The notes: generated by a model not told the origin, from the letters alone. A DNA stretch of 64,000 nt from Chloroflexota bacterium (GCA_027623195.1 JAQBUT010000005.1:1-64000); one strand, 5' to 3'. Counted from the first letter of the stretch, positions 50,349 through 60,996 are shown. Program-made: numbers and translations.

Positions 50349-51272
50349 CTAACCTAGACTAATGCCATGCCCGCTGTAGTACCGGACTGAGCCCGAATGA
50401 ATTGGCCCTCGTGGATTGGTAGCGGCGTTTGCGGGGTCAAAACCGTTGGCAGCAGGGTGAATGGCTGCAACGAGGTCTGGATTATCGCAAACAACACTGG
50501 TTATGGCGTGCGCCAGGTCCTCTGGCACCCCCGAATGAAATCCCAACGTCGTCCCCATGGAAATAGTCGGCACTGGTTCCCGGACAATACCGTATGCTCC
50601 GGTGGTTATCTGGTCGGCGGCCCAGCCAAGAGTTTCCAGGTGTTGGACAAGGGTTTGTGGCATACCTAGCAGCTTGAGAGGCCTGGCGTCATTCGCCGCA
50701 GCCACAGACGGCGACGGCACCCCCATAAACTGCCAGAGCGCGTTCACCTCACCACTGCGGTAGAGTTCCAACTGCTGATCGTAGTTTGCCGCAGACACCA
50801 GCCGACATCCCCAGGACTCTACGTCCTCCTCGGACGCGCCCAAGTGCGCCAGCGCCAGCCGAAAGACTAGCCGATCCACCGTGCCTACGCGATCCACGGG
50901 GATACTCAGAACAGCCTTTTGAGTTATCCAGTCGTCCATGTATTGGAGAGACGAACCGGACTCCACCAACAGGTGCAGATAGTTCACCGTCAGGTTCGCG
51001 ACGCCAGCGCGCAACTCGGGATATGGCCTGTCATAAGGGTCTCTGCCCTGCACCGCTGCGGCCGTCATAGGTGGGTTCAGAATGCCCATGGCGATCTCGC
51101 CGGAACCCACCAGGGCGTGGTTCATGACGCCGCCGCCCTCGACCACTTCGATTGTGATTTCAGGGTACATCTCGCCAACGAGCCGGGCGATGCCCTCCAT
51201 GAGCACAAACCAACTCCCGCCCCTGCCGCCTGCAACCGCCTGCAATCTGACGATGCTTTTTGATGTAGCCAA
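50349..51272 (-). CDS. TAXI-family solute-binding protein-like, no signal peptide
   Basis: GG.GGSW, GGGVMN..LV..G, P.HSGSVRYY. Confidence 0.72.
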   Translation of the reverse strand: MATSKSIVRLQAVAGGRGGSWFVLMEGIARLVGEMYPEITIEVVEGGGVMNHALVGSGEIAMGILNPPMTAAAVQGRDPYDRPYPELRAGVANLTVNYLHLLVESGSSLQYMDDWITQKAVLSIPVDRVGTVDRLVFRLALAHLGASEEDVESWGCRLVSAANYDQQLELYRSGEVNALWQFMGVPSPSVAAANDARPLKLLGMPQTLVQHLETLGWAADQITTGAYGIVREPVPTISMGTTLGFHSGVPEDLAHAITSVVCDNPDLVAAIHPAANGFDPANAATNPRGPIHSGSVRYYSGHGISLG

Positions 51273-51722
51273 CTAGGGACGAGGTCCGAAAGTGCGCGGA
51301 GGCGTGTCCGGGTACAGCGAGAGGTGGGTATGCACTGCCAGCCAACGACCATCGCGCTTTTCAAGGGCCACGGTGGCGCGGCCAGGCCTGTAGAAGGGTT
51401 CATGGGCGCCGTCGAACCCTATGGAGGTCCAGGTAACAATGCCCCAGGCGTGGTGTTCGTCACCTCTGGCGTGCACGTTATCCAGGTCCATTTTGAAGTT
51501 CTTAATGTTGCCCCAGATGCCTTCCCACTGGTTTTTCCGAAGGTTATCGAGACCAGAGACGAGGTCCATCTTCGTGCCGAAGGACACCACGTCATCAGCA
51601 AATATGCTCTCCGCCGAGTCGTAGTCCACCGTTGAACAGCACTTCTCCAGGCTCGCGAACCACTGTTCGGCGGCCTCCTGCGGGTTGTCCGTGGTTATGG
51701 GCTCAACGTTGGATTGCGTCAT
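51273..51722 (-). CDS. SnoaL/NTF2-like protein
   Basis: FADDVVSFGT, RAT.ALE..DGRWLAVHTHLS; AGGAG RBS before ATG 51722. Confidence 0.82.
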   Translation of the reverse strand: MTQSNVEPITTDNPQEAAEQWFASLEKCCSTVDYDSAESIFADDVVSFGTKMDLVSGLDNLRKNQWEGIWGNIKNFKMDLDNVHARGDEHHAWGIVTWTSIGFDGAHEPFYRPGRATVALEKRDGRWLAVHTHLSLYPDTPPRTFGPRP

Positions 51723-51759
51723 GTCGGTCTTGCTCCTGACGATAAATGGCGAATAACGC

Positions 51760-53439
51760 TTATCTGCCGCGTGGCGTAGGAGCGGCCTCCGGGAAGTGCT
51801 CCTGCACAGGTATCTCGATGACGCTGGGGCCGTTGTGGGCCAACGCCTCGCTGACGGCGTCGCCGATGTCTGAAGCGTTCTCGACGTAGTAGCCCTTTGC
51901 GCCATAGACCTCCGCCAGCTTGTCGAACCGAGGGTTAATCAGATCTACGCCAACGTAATGCTCATCGTGCAAACGCTTCTGCTGGGCCTTCTCTGCTCCG
52001 TGGCAGCCGTTGTTAAGAACAATGCTCACGAGAGGTATGTTCCAGCGCACGGCCGTGTTGATCTCCTGCGAGGTGTACAGGAATCCGCCGTCGCCCTGGA
52101 TGCTGATGGCGGGACGATCAGGACGACCCAGTTTGGTGCCAAGACCGACGCCGTAGCCCATACCCAACGCGCCCTGCCCTGCGTAATTGAACATCGTGCG
52201 CGGCAGGTCGAAGCTAAGCCGGTCATAGGCCAGGCCCGGCGACACACCAGCGTCGATGGTCACCATGCAATCCCTGGGCAATACCCGGTTCAGCTCGGGG
52301 TAGACCTGTTGAGGCATCATAGGGTTCTCGGAGATGCTTTTCTCCGCGTCCAACCTGGCACGACGGCTCCGCGCGAGGCCCTGGTATTCGGACTTCCATT
52401 CAGGTCGGGCCTTTCCTTCCGGAAGCTGGCTCCGCAGGGCGTCAAGGAGTTGCTGCCCAACGGCTTTAGCGTCTCCAACGATTCCTCCAGCCACAGGGTA
52501 GTTTCGTCCTATCTCAATAGGATCAATATCTATCTGAATTATCTTGGTATCCGGATTGATGATGCTATAGTTCCACGACGTTGATGCCTGGTTAATGCGA
52601 GTCCCAAAGGCCAGAATAACGTCTGCGCGATTCATGGCCAGATGGGCCTCTCCCGAACCCCTGCCACCGGGAGGTCCTACGTAATTGGGGTGGCTGTTGG
52701 GCACGGCATCGTGATGGCCGTAAGACGGCACCATCGCCATATCCAGAAGCTCAGATAGCGCAACCGCCTCGTCGCTAGCCTCAGAGTCCACTACGCCGCC
52801 GCCTGCCAGCAGCAAGGGCCGTTCAGCATCCATGAGAAGCCGCACAGCCTGCCTAACTGCCTCGGCATCGCCTTGAGCCCTGGCTGCTACCGGTCTATAG
52901 GCATCTGGCCTCAAGAAATCGTCAGAGATGGTCTTGTTGTCGACAAGGTCTCTCGGGAAGTCCAGCATCACCGGACCCTGCTTGCCCGAAAGCGCCGTTC
53001 GGAAGGCCTCTCTTATGAGGTGCGGCAAGCGCTCCGTCTTGTTTGCCTGCACCGCCATCTTGGTGACGGGTTTGAAGATGTTCACCAGTTCGAAGGCCTG
53101 TGCGCCGTCCCGCCCGATGTACTCCTCCGCCGTGTCCCCTGCGATGACGATGATGGGGGCCCTGCCCTTGTATGCCAGCGAGATGCCGGTAAGGAGGTTG
53201 ATGGTACCCGGTCCAGACGTGGTCATGCACGCCACCGGCTTACCTGACGCCTTGGCGTAGCCGTATGCCATTAACGCCGCACCCTCTTCATGACGGGAGT
53301 CGATAAACTTGATGTCCTCGCGACCGTAGGTCTCCGTTACCATGCTGTTGGTGGTCAGGCCCGTCACACCAAAGATGTACTCGACACCCTCGGCTCTGAG
53401 CAACTCAAGTACGGCCTTCCCGGCTTTCATCTCTGCCAT
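51760..53439 (-). CDS. ThDP-dependent enzyme (acetolactate synthase / Xsc-like family)
   Basis: RHEEGA, SGPG..N, GDGG...NN ThDP motif, GAEK. Confidence 0.88.
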   Translation of the reverse strand: MAEMKAGKAVLELLRAEGVEYIFGVTGLTTNSMVTETYGREDIKFIDSRHEEGAALMAYGYAKASGKPVACMTTSGPGTINLLTGISLAYKGRAPIIVIAGDTAEEYIGRDGAQAFELVNIFKPVTKMAVQANKTERLPHLIREAFRTALSGKQGPVMLDFPRDLVDNKTISDDFLRPDAYRPVAARAQGDAEAVRQAVRLLMDAERPLLLAGGGVVDSEASDEAVALSELLDMAMVPSYGHHDAVPNSHPNYVGPPGGRGSGEAHLAMNRADVILAFGTRINQASTSWNYSIINPDTKIIQIDIDPIEIGRNYPVAGGIVGDAKAVGQQLLDALRSQLPEGKARPEWKSEYQGLARSRRARLDAEKSISENPMMPQQVYPELNRVLPRDCMVTIDAGVSPGLAYDRLSFDLPRTMFNYAGQGALGMGYGVGLGTKLGRPDRPAISIQGDGGFLYTSQEINTAVRWNIPLVSIVLNNGCHGAEKAQQKRLHDEHYVGVDLINPRFDKLAEVYGAKGYYVENASDIGDAVSEALAHNGPSVIEIPVQEHFPEAAPTPRGR

Positions 53440-53665
53440 AATTCCTCACTTGTTCAGTACTGTAATTGGGGAAATGTTACCACAAGCCCAGGCCATTCCA
53501 AAAATCAAAGTCAGACCCTCCTAGCAGGTAGCCGGGCTGCCCGCGCATTGCCCCTGCATGAAAATACGCAGCCAAGCCGATAATGCAAAATATTTGGTGT
53601 TGAGGGGAAATCTGCCCTATAATGCCGCCAACATCGGACTGACTTAAATATCGGAGGCAGAACAC

Positions 53666-54454
53666 ATGAGACCTAACCTACTTAGAGAGAAGCTAAATGC
53701 TGGCAAGCCCACCGTAAGCACCCACATCCACACCACATGGCCATCGGTGGTTGAGGTTCTAGGGCACACAGGGTTATACGATTACGTAGAGTTCGTGGCA
53801 GAGTACGGGCCCTCGGACCTGCACGACCTGGACAATCTATGTCGTGCGGCCGAGCTTTACAACCTGGGAAGCATGATAAAGATAGACCAGAGCGCCCAGG
53901 CCTTCCTTGCCCAACGAGGCGTGGGCTCAGGCTTCAACAGCGTCCTGTTCACAGACGCCCGCAGCGCCGAAGACGTTCGCGGGTGTATCCGCGACGTCAT
54001 GCCGGACACGCCCGAGGACCAGGGTATGTATGGAGTCGCCACGCGACGAAACTCCTATATGGGTTACGGCGGTTCAAAAGAGTACGTCAAGTCTCTTCAG
54101 GAAACCGTAATCGCCTTGATGATCGAGAAGAGGGGCGCGGTAGAGAACCTTGATGAGATTCTTGAGATTCCCGGCATCGATATGGTGCAGTGGGGCGGCG
54201 CAGACTACTCCGTTAGCATCGGCAAGGCCGGGGAGCGCAATCACCCGGACGTCGTGGCAGCTAGAGACAAGGTTTTCAAAGCCTGTATCGCCAAAGGAAT
54301 AGCGGCCAGGGCCGAAATAGGTTCTGCCGACGAAGCAAAGATGTACCTGGACATGGGTGTACGCCACTTCTCCATTGGAACTGACGTAACCATCCTGTAC
54401 AACTTCTGGAAGAAGGAAGCCGACGCCATGTGGAAGGCCTTAGACGGCGCGTAG
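53666..54454 (+). CDS. HpcH/HpaI aldolase family protein
   Basis: N.LREKL..GK, MIEK..AVENLDEIL..PGID...G..D. Confidence 0.85.
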   Translation: MRPNLLREKLNAGKPTVSTHIHTTWPSVVEVLGHTGLYDYVEFVAEYGPSDLHDLDNLCRAAELYNLGSMIKIDQSAQAFLAQRGVGSGFNSVLFTDARSAEDVRGCIRDVMPDTPEDQGMYGVATRRNSYMGYGGSKEYVKSLQETVIALMIEKRGAVENLDEILEIPGIDMVQWGGADYSVSIGKAGERNHPDVVAARDKVFKACIAKGIAARAEIGSADEAKMYLDMGVRHFSIGTDVTILYNFWKKEADAMWKALDGA

Positions 54455-54621
54455 GCTAATCTGGAAACCACTATGAATTGCAGCGAGCTAGCGACCAGTT
54501 CCGATCTCTTGCCCACCTAAAAATGTGTTCCGGAGTTCGATGGACTGGTCGCAGCGTAACTTTTTTGCGGATTCGCATCTCATTTAGTTATGAGCTAATT
54601 TGCATCGGATAGGAGAACTTC

Positions 54622-55775
54622 ATGCTGAGAATAAATAGGTTAAGGATCTTCCTTCTGTTGATGACATTGTTGGCGTGGCCATTCCGGCGGTTATATCGGC
54701 GAAAACTAACCAGCCACCTGTTGATGTCTCGCGGGTCACCGTGTGCCATCAACCAGGGAGCAGTGATCAGGAAACGTTGTCCATGTCAATGGACAGTGCC
54801 CATCCTCATTTCCAACATGGCGACGCGCTAGGACAGTGCACTGCGCCGGTTCCATCCAGCGTATTCGATCCTTCGGTTGACCTGTCGAACGGATATCACG
54901 TTGCCGAGATTAACGACGGTATCTATTGGGTCACCGACGGAACCTACCAGATGATGTTCGCCACCACAGGTGTTGGAGTCATCGTGGTAGACGCTCCCCC
55001 GTCAATTGGCGGCAACATCCTTAACGCTATCAGCGATGTCACTAGCGAGCCTATTACACACGTTATTTACACCCATTCGCACGCCGACCACATTGCAGGG
55101 GCAGGCGTTCTCCCCACGAGCGCGACTTTCATTTCGCACCAGTCGGTTGCCGAGACCCTTACCCGAAATGGTGCAGACGATACTATCAAGTTTCCGCCAT
55201 TCGGATTATTCATAGGTGGTGGTCCGGTACCCCTGCCGACTTTAACCTTCACGGGTACATATACGCTGACAGTGGGCGACAAAACCCTCGAACTAATGGA
55301 AATAACACCGAACCATGAAGAGGGGAACATAGTCGTTTTTGCCCCGGATCAAAAAGTGGCAATGCTGGTCGACGTAATTTTCCCCGGCTGGTCGCCATTC
55401 AAGAGCCTGGCCCTAGCCAAGGACGTTCCTGGATTCATCCAGGCTCACGACGATCTCTTGGCGCTGGATTGGGACACGCTGGTTGGAGGACACGTCACGC
55501 GCCTTGGCACAAAGGCTGACGTAATTACTCAACGCGACTACGTCATGGACATTCGAGGGAATGCAATCACTGCGCTGGCAACCACAGACTTCCTCGGAAT
55601 TGCGCAGCAGACCGGTTTCACTAATCAGTGGCTACTCTTTGACACATATCTAAATTCGGTGGCGCAGAAGTGCGCAGACCTGACCGAACCGGCATGGGTA
55701 GACCGCCTCGGAGGCGTGGACGTATTTACAATAAGCCACTGCCATGCCATGGCGGAAAGCCTTCGAATAGACTAA
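54622..55775 (+). pseudogene. Secreted MBL-fold metallo-hydrolase with a frameshift in the signal peptide
   Basis: AGGAG RBS + ATG 54622 gives MLRINRLRIFLLLMTLL; main ORF (THSHADH, VDAPP, GGH) begins at 54675 in another frame. Confidence 0.7.
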
Positions 55776-55805
55776 TCGCTGGTTCTTATATTCGAGCTAT
55801 ATCAC

Positions 55806-55847
55806 GCCACGAGATGGTGAGACCACTTTGTCTCACCATCTCGTGGC
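55806..55847. repeat. Perfect 18-bp inverted repeat
   Basis: GCCACGAGATGGTGAGAC-CACTTT-GTCTCACCATCTCGTGGC. Confidence 0.9.
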
Positions 55848-55909
55848 CTAACAACCACAGAACTTCGGACAAATGACTTGGGTCTCAGGGCCCGCATAGA
55901 GGACTGAGT

Positions 55910-56800
55910 TTGAAGCTAGGCCTTACGATACCCAACAATTGGGGTCTTGAAGACCCGCAGGACGTACTTAACATCGCGGTAAAGGCTGAGGAGCAGGGGT
56001 TCGACTCGGTGTGGGTCAACCACCACGTCTTCAACGCAGGCTACATATATGAGCGCCTGGGCCACAAGCCATATTACGACGCGCTGATGACGCTGGCATA
56101 CGCAGGCGCCATGACCAAGAAGGTACGGCTGGGCACAACCATCCTGGTGCTGCCCTACCTTAACCCAATGGTGCTGGCCAAAGAGTTGGCCACGCTGGAC
56201 GTATATTCAGGCGGGCGGGTCATCGTTGGCGTGGGCGTTGGAGCGCTGAAGCCCGAATCCGACGCGCTGGGCAGCGACTACAGCACGCGAGGCCGGTACG
56301 CCGACGAGGGTCTGGCCGTGATGAAGGAGCTTTGGACTCAGGAGGAGCCTAGCTTCAACGGTAGGTTCTTCCAGTTCTCCGGCGCAGTATTCTCGCCCAA
56401 GCCGCTGCAGAAACCACACCCTCCATTGTGGATTGGCGGCACCAGCGACGCGGCGCTAAAGAGGGTGGCCCGTCTGGGCGACGGCTGGCACCCGAACCGC
56501 ATGTCGGCGGACAAGATGCGCGAGAGCCTGGCCAAGCTCCAAGTACACCTCGACGAGCAGGACCGCAGCATGGACGAAATAACCTTATCTGTCCGTGCCG
56601 AGCTTAGCGTCCTGTCAGATGCCTCGACTAACACGGAAGAGCCGCTGGTCGGAACGCCACAGCAGATTGCGGACGCCATGAAGGGCTTTGAAGAGCTAGG
56701 CGTAAAAGAGGTCGTCATGCAGATAGGTTCTTTGGACGCTGCCCACATTAACAAGGTAATGGACGATTTTGCCGATAAAGTGATGCCTCTGGTCCGATAA
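55910..56800 (+). CDS. LLM-class (probably F420-dependent) oxidoreductase
   Basis: GFDSVW..H, RLGT.ILVLP..NP..LAK..ATLD..SGGR, PKPLQKPHPPLWIGG. Confidence 0.9.
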   Translation: MKLGLTIPNNWGLEDPQDVLNIAVKAEEQGFDSVWVNHHVFNAGYIYERLGHKPYYDALMTLAYAGAMTKKVRLGTTILVLPYLNPMVLAKELATLDVYSGGRVIVGVGVGALKPESDALGSDYSTRGRYADEGLAVMKELWTQEEPSFNGRFFQFSGAVFSPKPLQKPHPPLWIGGTSDAALKRVARLGDGWHPNRMSADKMRESLAKLQVHLDEQDRSMDEITLSVRAELSVLSDASTNTEEPLVGTPQQIADAMKGFEELGVKEVVMQIGSLDAAHINKVMDDFADKVMPLVR

Positions 56801-56827
56801 ATCTATCCCAAAAGACTGACGTGTTAA

Positions 56828-57484
56828 ATGAACGATTCAAACCTTTCGGATGACGCCCCGGGAACCATTCTTTTCCCCCAGTTCGAAGACCTGATATACG
56901 ACATGATTGCTGTAGAGGTCAGCGGGCTTGCAGACCAACATTTGGATTTCGAATCCGACAGGTGGGGCTGGAGCGCATGGAGCATCCGGCGCAACGTCAG
57001 TCACATGGCGTCGGGCGACTTCCGATGGCTGTTGCAGCGTTGGGGAAAGCGCCTGTTTACCAAGGGCGTGCCGCAAGTGGACGACCTGGACCGCATCCTT
57101 TCAACAGAGTTCGACCGGCGGCTGGACGAGAACGTTTACTGGCAAATCGAGGACATCACAGGAGTGCTGCGGCGTAGCCTGGATCTGGCGTGGTCGGTGC
57201 TGTCGCAGGAGACAGTTGCTTCCCTGCGGAGCAAGGAGCTTCGGGTCAACATCGGCGGCCTGCCCTGGGCCGAAGTGCATCCCAACGGCGTACGGGTAGA
57301 CCCTGCCGACCCTACGCAGGCAGACGTTACGCTTGAGGCGACCTTCCGCCACCGCTACTTCGAGTACATAACCCATCTGTACAACATCCAGCGACTAAAA
57401 AGGGCGCAGGGTTTGACAACCAGCGTTAACATACCCTTTGAAGGTTACTGGGCCGCCAAAGGCTGGGACCGCAGCGAACCCTAA
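56828..57484 (+). CDS. DinB-like protein
   Basis: WSIRRNVSH and H...E..TH..NI pattern. Confidence 0.7.
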   Translation: MNDSNLSDDAPGTILFPQFEDLIYDMIAVEVSGLADQHLDFESDRWGWSAWSIRRNVSHMASGDFRWLLQRWGKRLFTKGVPQVDDLDRILSTEFDRRLDENVYWQIEDITGVLRRSLDLAWSVLSQETVASLRSKELRVNIGGLPWAEVHPNGVRVDPADPTQADVTLEATFRHRYFEYITHLYNIQRLKRAQGLTTSVNIPFEGYWAAKGWDRSEP

Positions 57485-57581
57485 CGCCCACCAACGAATA
57501 TTTGGTTGAGCAAAACAAGCAACCTTCGGGCATCAACTTTGAATTCCAACACCAACCCAATATCCAAATGAGGCCAGAATA

Positions 57582-58517
57582 ATGAAGATTGGGATGTCGC
57601 TCACGAGCAGTTACCCCGGTACCGGCAACACCAAGACCATCATGGACAACCTGATTGAAGAGGTTGAGTTGATGGCCAAGCTGGGTTTCGACTCCCTGTC
57701 GCTGGGTGATCACCACGTCACCACCAACGACTACATTCAGGTCCTGCCAGCCATGTCTCGGCTTTCAGCGTACAGCGGGGACATGCAGCTACTGCCGCTC
57801 TTCCTCCTGCCATTTTACAATCCCATACTCCTGGCGGAGCAGCTAGGAACTCTGGACGTAATGTCTGGCGGAAAAACGACGATAATCTGCGCGTTGGGGC
57901 ACCAGCCCGAGGCCCACGTGGCATACCAGACACCCCAGCGAGTCCGTGTATGCCGCTTCGTGGAGACCTTTGAAATCCTCAAACTGCTGTCGTCGCAAGA
58001 CAACGTCTCCTACCAGGGCAAACATTACGCCTTCGAGAACGTCTCCATCAGTCCCAAGCCGTTGAACCGACGCCTGCCCATGTGGATGGGGTGCAGCGCC
58101 GACCTGGCGGTGCGGCGTGCGGCCCGACTGGCGGACGCCTGGGTTATCGAACCCGGGTGGCCCCCAGACACTATCGACCGCAAGCTGGGCGTTTACAGAA
58201 GCGAGTTGGGAGAGTTGGGTCGCACCGACGAAGTAAGCGAAACGATTTTGCGACGGGACATCCATCTGGCTGCCACCAATGACGCAGCCCGTAGCCAGGC
58301 TCGGGGCCTTTTCGAAAAAGGATATCGAGGCTACGGCGCCCAGCAGATGGCCGAGTCTCTGATCGTCGGCGGACCGGACGAGTGCGTGAGCTACATTCAG
58401 AGGATGGAGGAGATGGGGATTAATCACCTGCTGTTCCGCTGCGCGCTGGACGACAGGGCGAATGCGATGCAGACCATCCAGATGCTGGGCGAAGAGGTCA
58501 TCCCCAGATTTCGATAA
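57582..58517 (+). CDS. LLM-class flavin-dependent oxidoreductase
   Basis: GFDS...DHH, NPILLAEQ..TLD.MSGG, GKHY, PKP, EEVIP. Confidence 0.88.
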   Translation: MKIGMSLTSSYPGTGNTKTIMDNLIEEVELMAKLGFDSLSLGDHHVTTNDYIQVLPAMSRLSAYSGDMQLLPLFLLPFYNPILLAEQLGTLDVMSGGKTTIICALGHQPEAHVAYQTPQRVRVCRFVETFEILKLLSSQDNVSYQGKHYAFENVSISPKPLNRRLPMWMGCSADLAVRRAARLADAWVIEPGWPPDTIDRKLGVYRSELGELGRTDEVSETILRRDIHLAATNDAARSQARGLFEKGYRGYGAQQMAESLIVGGPDECVSYIQRMEEMGINHLLFRCALDDRANAMQTIQMLGEEVIPRFR

Positions 58518-58644
58518 TGCCTTACCATCAGGGCACGGTGGCATCCAATAATCATGGTTCTTATATTTCAGGCATGACAGATGCTAATTGTATCGCCACG
58601 ACGGGTCATTCCCAGTGGAGCGAAGTGAAAAGGACGAAAACATC

Positions 58645-60936
58645 ATGACGAGCACCGCAGACAAACCCCGAAAATTCAACGTGTTGGGCACTCGCCCGAT
58701 TAGGCCCGACGGCCTGGACAAGGTAACCGGACGCGCCATGTTCGGGGCCGATTTCAATATATCGGGACTGTTGCACGGAAAAATTCTTCGGAGCCCTCAC
58801 GCCCACGCCAAAATCCTCTCCATAGACACCAGCAGAGCCATGGCGCTCCCTGGTGTGAAGGCGGTAGTTACGGCCATAGACCTCCCCATAGTCCGCACGA
58901 CGACCCGCGATCTTTCCCAGGCACGTTCCGATGCCAGAACGGTGGCGGAAAACGATCTAGCCTATGACAAGGCGCTTTACAAGGGCCACGCCATAGCGGC
59001 TGTGGCAGCTACCAGCCCGCACGTGGCGGAGGAGGCTTTAAAGCTTATAGACGTGGAGTACGAGGTGCTTCCGGCGGTGGTCAATGTACTGGACGCCATG
59101 AAGGACGGCGCTCCCATTCTTCACGAAGACCTGACGACGATGTACCGCACTGCCAACTTCGCCAGGGGAGAAGACACGGGCGTTAAGGGCAACATTGCCG
59201 GCCATATCCAGATCAAGCACGGCGACGTGGAGCAGGGCTTCCGTGAGGCCGACGTTATCGTCGAGCGGGAGCTGAACACGTCCATGGTGCATCAGGGCTA
59301 CATCGAGCCATTCGCATCCACGGCCCACTGGACTCTGGACGGACGGGTTACCATCTGGACCAGCACACAGAACGCCTTCGGAATGCGGGCCACCGTCTCC
59401 GAGATTATCGACGTGCCCGAGTCCATGATTAAGGTTGTACCTCTTGAGGTCGGCGGCGGGTTCGGGGGTAAAGGCACCGGCTATTTCGAGCCGGTCATCG
59501 CCGTGCTTTCCCAAAAGTCAGGTCAGCCAGTAAAGGTGGTCATGTCTCGGCAAGAAGTCTTCGAGGGCACAGGCCCCACGTCCGGCGCGTCCATGCGTTG
59601 CAAGATAGGCGCGGACAGCTCGGGCCGAATCACGGCAGCTGAGCTCTGGATGGCCTACGAGGCAGGGGCGTTCCCAGGATCACCCGTGAGCGGCGGTGCA
59701 TTCCCCGCATTTGGAGCTTACAAGATCGAAAACCTGCTGGTGGACGGCTACGACGTAGTCTGCAACCGACCCAAGACACAGTCATACCGCGCTCCCGGCC
59801 AGCCTCAGTCCGCCTTTGCCGTGGAGACCGTTATGGACGAAGTTGCCGAGAAGCTAGGCATGGACCCAATAGAACTCCGGTTGATAAACGCTGTGGATGA
59901 GGGTGACCGCGCACCCACCGGCCTGCGCCACACCCGGTTCGGATGCAAAGAGGTCGAGGAGGCCATGAAGACGCATCCACACTACAACGCTCCTTTGACT
60001 GGACCGAACCAGGGCCGAGGTGTCGCTGTGGGATATCGCATGCACGCTGGCGGCAACGGGTCCTCGGCAACCATTCACGTAAACGATAATGGAACCATAA
60101 ATCTGGTTACCGGGTCGGCCGACCTCTCCGGAAGCCGAATCTCGCTGGCTATGCAGGCAGCGGAGGCGCTGGGGCTGAATCACGACGACGTAAAGCCGTC
60201 GGTGGTGGACACAGACTCAGTTGGCTTCACCGCAGGCTCATACGGCAGCCGCATCACCTTCGACACAGGACGCGCCGCCATCAAAGCGGCGGACGAGGTT
60301 GTCAGGCAGATGAAAGAGCGGGCCGCCCTTCTATGGGAGGTGCCGGCGGAGGATGTGGAGTTCTCAGATGGCAAGTTCATCTGCTCGAAGAACAGCGAAG
60401 ACCGGTTCACGTTCAAGGAATTGGCCCGGCGCCTGATGGAAACCGGCGGGCCTATCACCTGCTCCGCCTCCGACAGACAGGGCGGCGTGGGCCCACAACT
60501 TGCCGGCAACATAGTCGACGTTGAGGTGGACCCCGACACCGGCAAGGTCACCATATTGCGGTACACTACGTTCTTGGACGTCGGCCAGATCGTGCACAAG
60601 AGCAACGTGGAGGGCCAGATGCAGGGCGGCGTGCTTCAAGGCGTAGGCTGGGCGCTTAACGAGGAGTACTACTACAACGACGATGGAGCGATGCTGAATA
60701 CGTCGCTATTGGACTATCGCATGCCCACTACCGTGGACCTGCCGATGATAGACACCGTTATCATAGAAGTACCCAACCCGCGTCACCCATTCGGTCTGCG
60801 AGGCGTCGGGGAGTCCCCGATAGTGCCACCGCTTGCTGCGCTGGCAAATGCGGTTCACGCGGCAACGGGCGTTCGCATGACCAGATTGCCAATGTCGCCG
60901 GGCGCAATTTTAGAGGCGATTAACAACCAAGACTAG
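58645..60936 (+). CDS. Xanthine dehydrogenase family molybdopterin-binding subunit
   Basis: KVTGRA, RSPHAHA, GGGFGGK, YRAPG, EGQMQGG, GVGE; ATG 58645 preferred. Confidence 0.92.
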   Translation: MTSTADKPRKFNVLGTRPIRPDGLDKVTGRAMFGADFNISGLLHGKILRSPHAHAKILSIDTSRAMALPGVKAVVTAIDLPIVRTTTRDLSQARSDARTVAENDLAYDKALYKGHAIAAVAATSPHVAEEALKLIDVEYEVLPAVVNVLDAMKDGAPILHEDLTTMYRTANFARGEDTGVKGNIAGHIQIKHGDVEQGFREADVIVERELNTSMVHQGYIEPFASTAHWTLDGRVTIWTSTQNAFGMRATVSEIIDVPESMIKVVPLEVGGGFGGKGTGYFEPVIAVLSQKSGQPVKVVMSRQEVFEGTGPTSGASMRCKIGADSSGRITAAELWMAYEAGAFPGSPVSGGAFPAFGAYKIENLLVDGYDVVCNRPKTQSYRAPGQPQSAFAVETVMDEVAEKLGMDPIELRLINAVDEGDRAPTGLRHTRFGCKEVEEAMKTHPHYNAPLTGPNQGRGVAVGYRMHAGGNGSSATIHVNDNGTINLVTGSADLSGSRISLAMQAAEALGLNHDDVKPSVVDTDSVGFTAGSYGSRITFDTGRAAIKAADEVVRQMKERAALLWEVPAEDVEFSDGKFICSKNSEDRFTFKELARRLMETGGPITCSASDRQGGVGPQLAGNIVDVEVDPDTGKVTILRYTTFLDVGQIVHKSNVEGQMQGGVLQGVGWALNEEYYYNDDGAMLNTSLLDYRMPTTVDLPMIDTVIIEVPNPRHPFGLRGVGESPIVPPLAALANAVHAATGVRMTRLPMSPGAILEAINNQD

Positions 60937-60966
60937 TACGCCGTATAGCCGAAGCTATCCTATGAA

Positions 60967-60996
60967 TTGACGCTTTGGGTGGTGCGGCGATAAAAT
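60967..60996 (+). promoter_or_regulatory. Sigma70-type promoter
   Basis: TTGACG-18 nt-TAAAAT. Confidence 0.55.

Noticed and set aside
39783..51275. Genome-wide TAG recoding or pyrrolysine, suggested by several in-frame TAGs
   Set aside because: TAG is the normal stop of many conserved genes here (cheW, glmU, cheA, cheB, prfB, aroA), and no pyl genes or suppressor tRNA are in the window. Nonsense mutation or sequencing error is simpler.
58645..60936. Aerobic CO dehydrogenase CoxL
   Set aside because: Active-site loop is YRAPG and coxM/coxS are absent.
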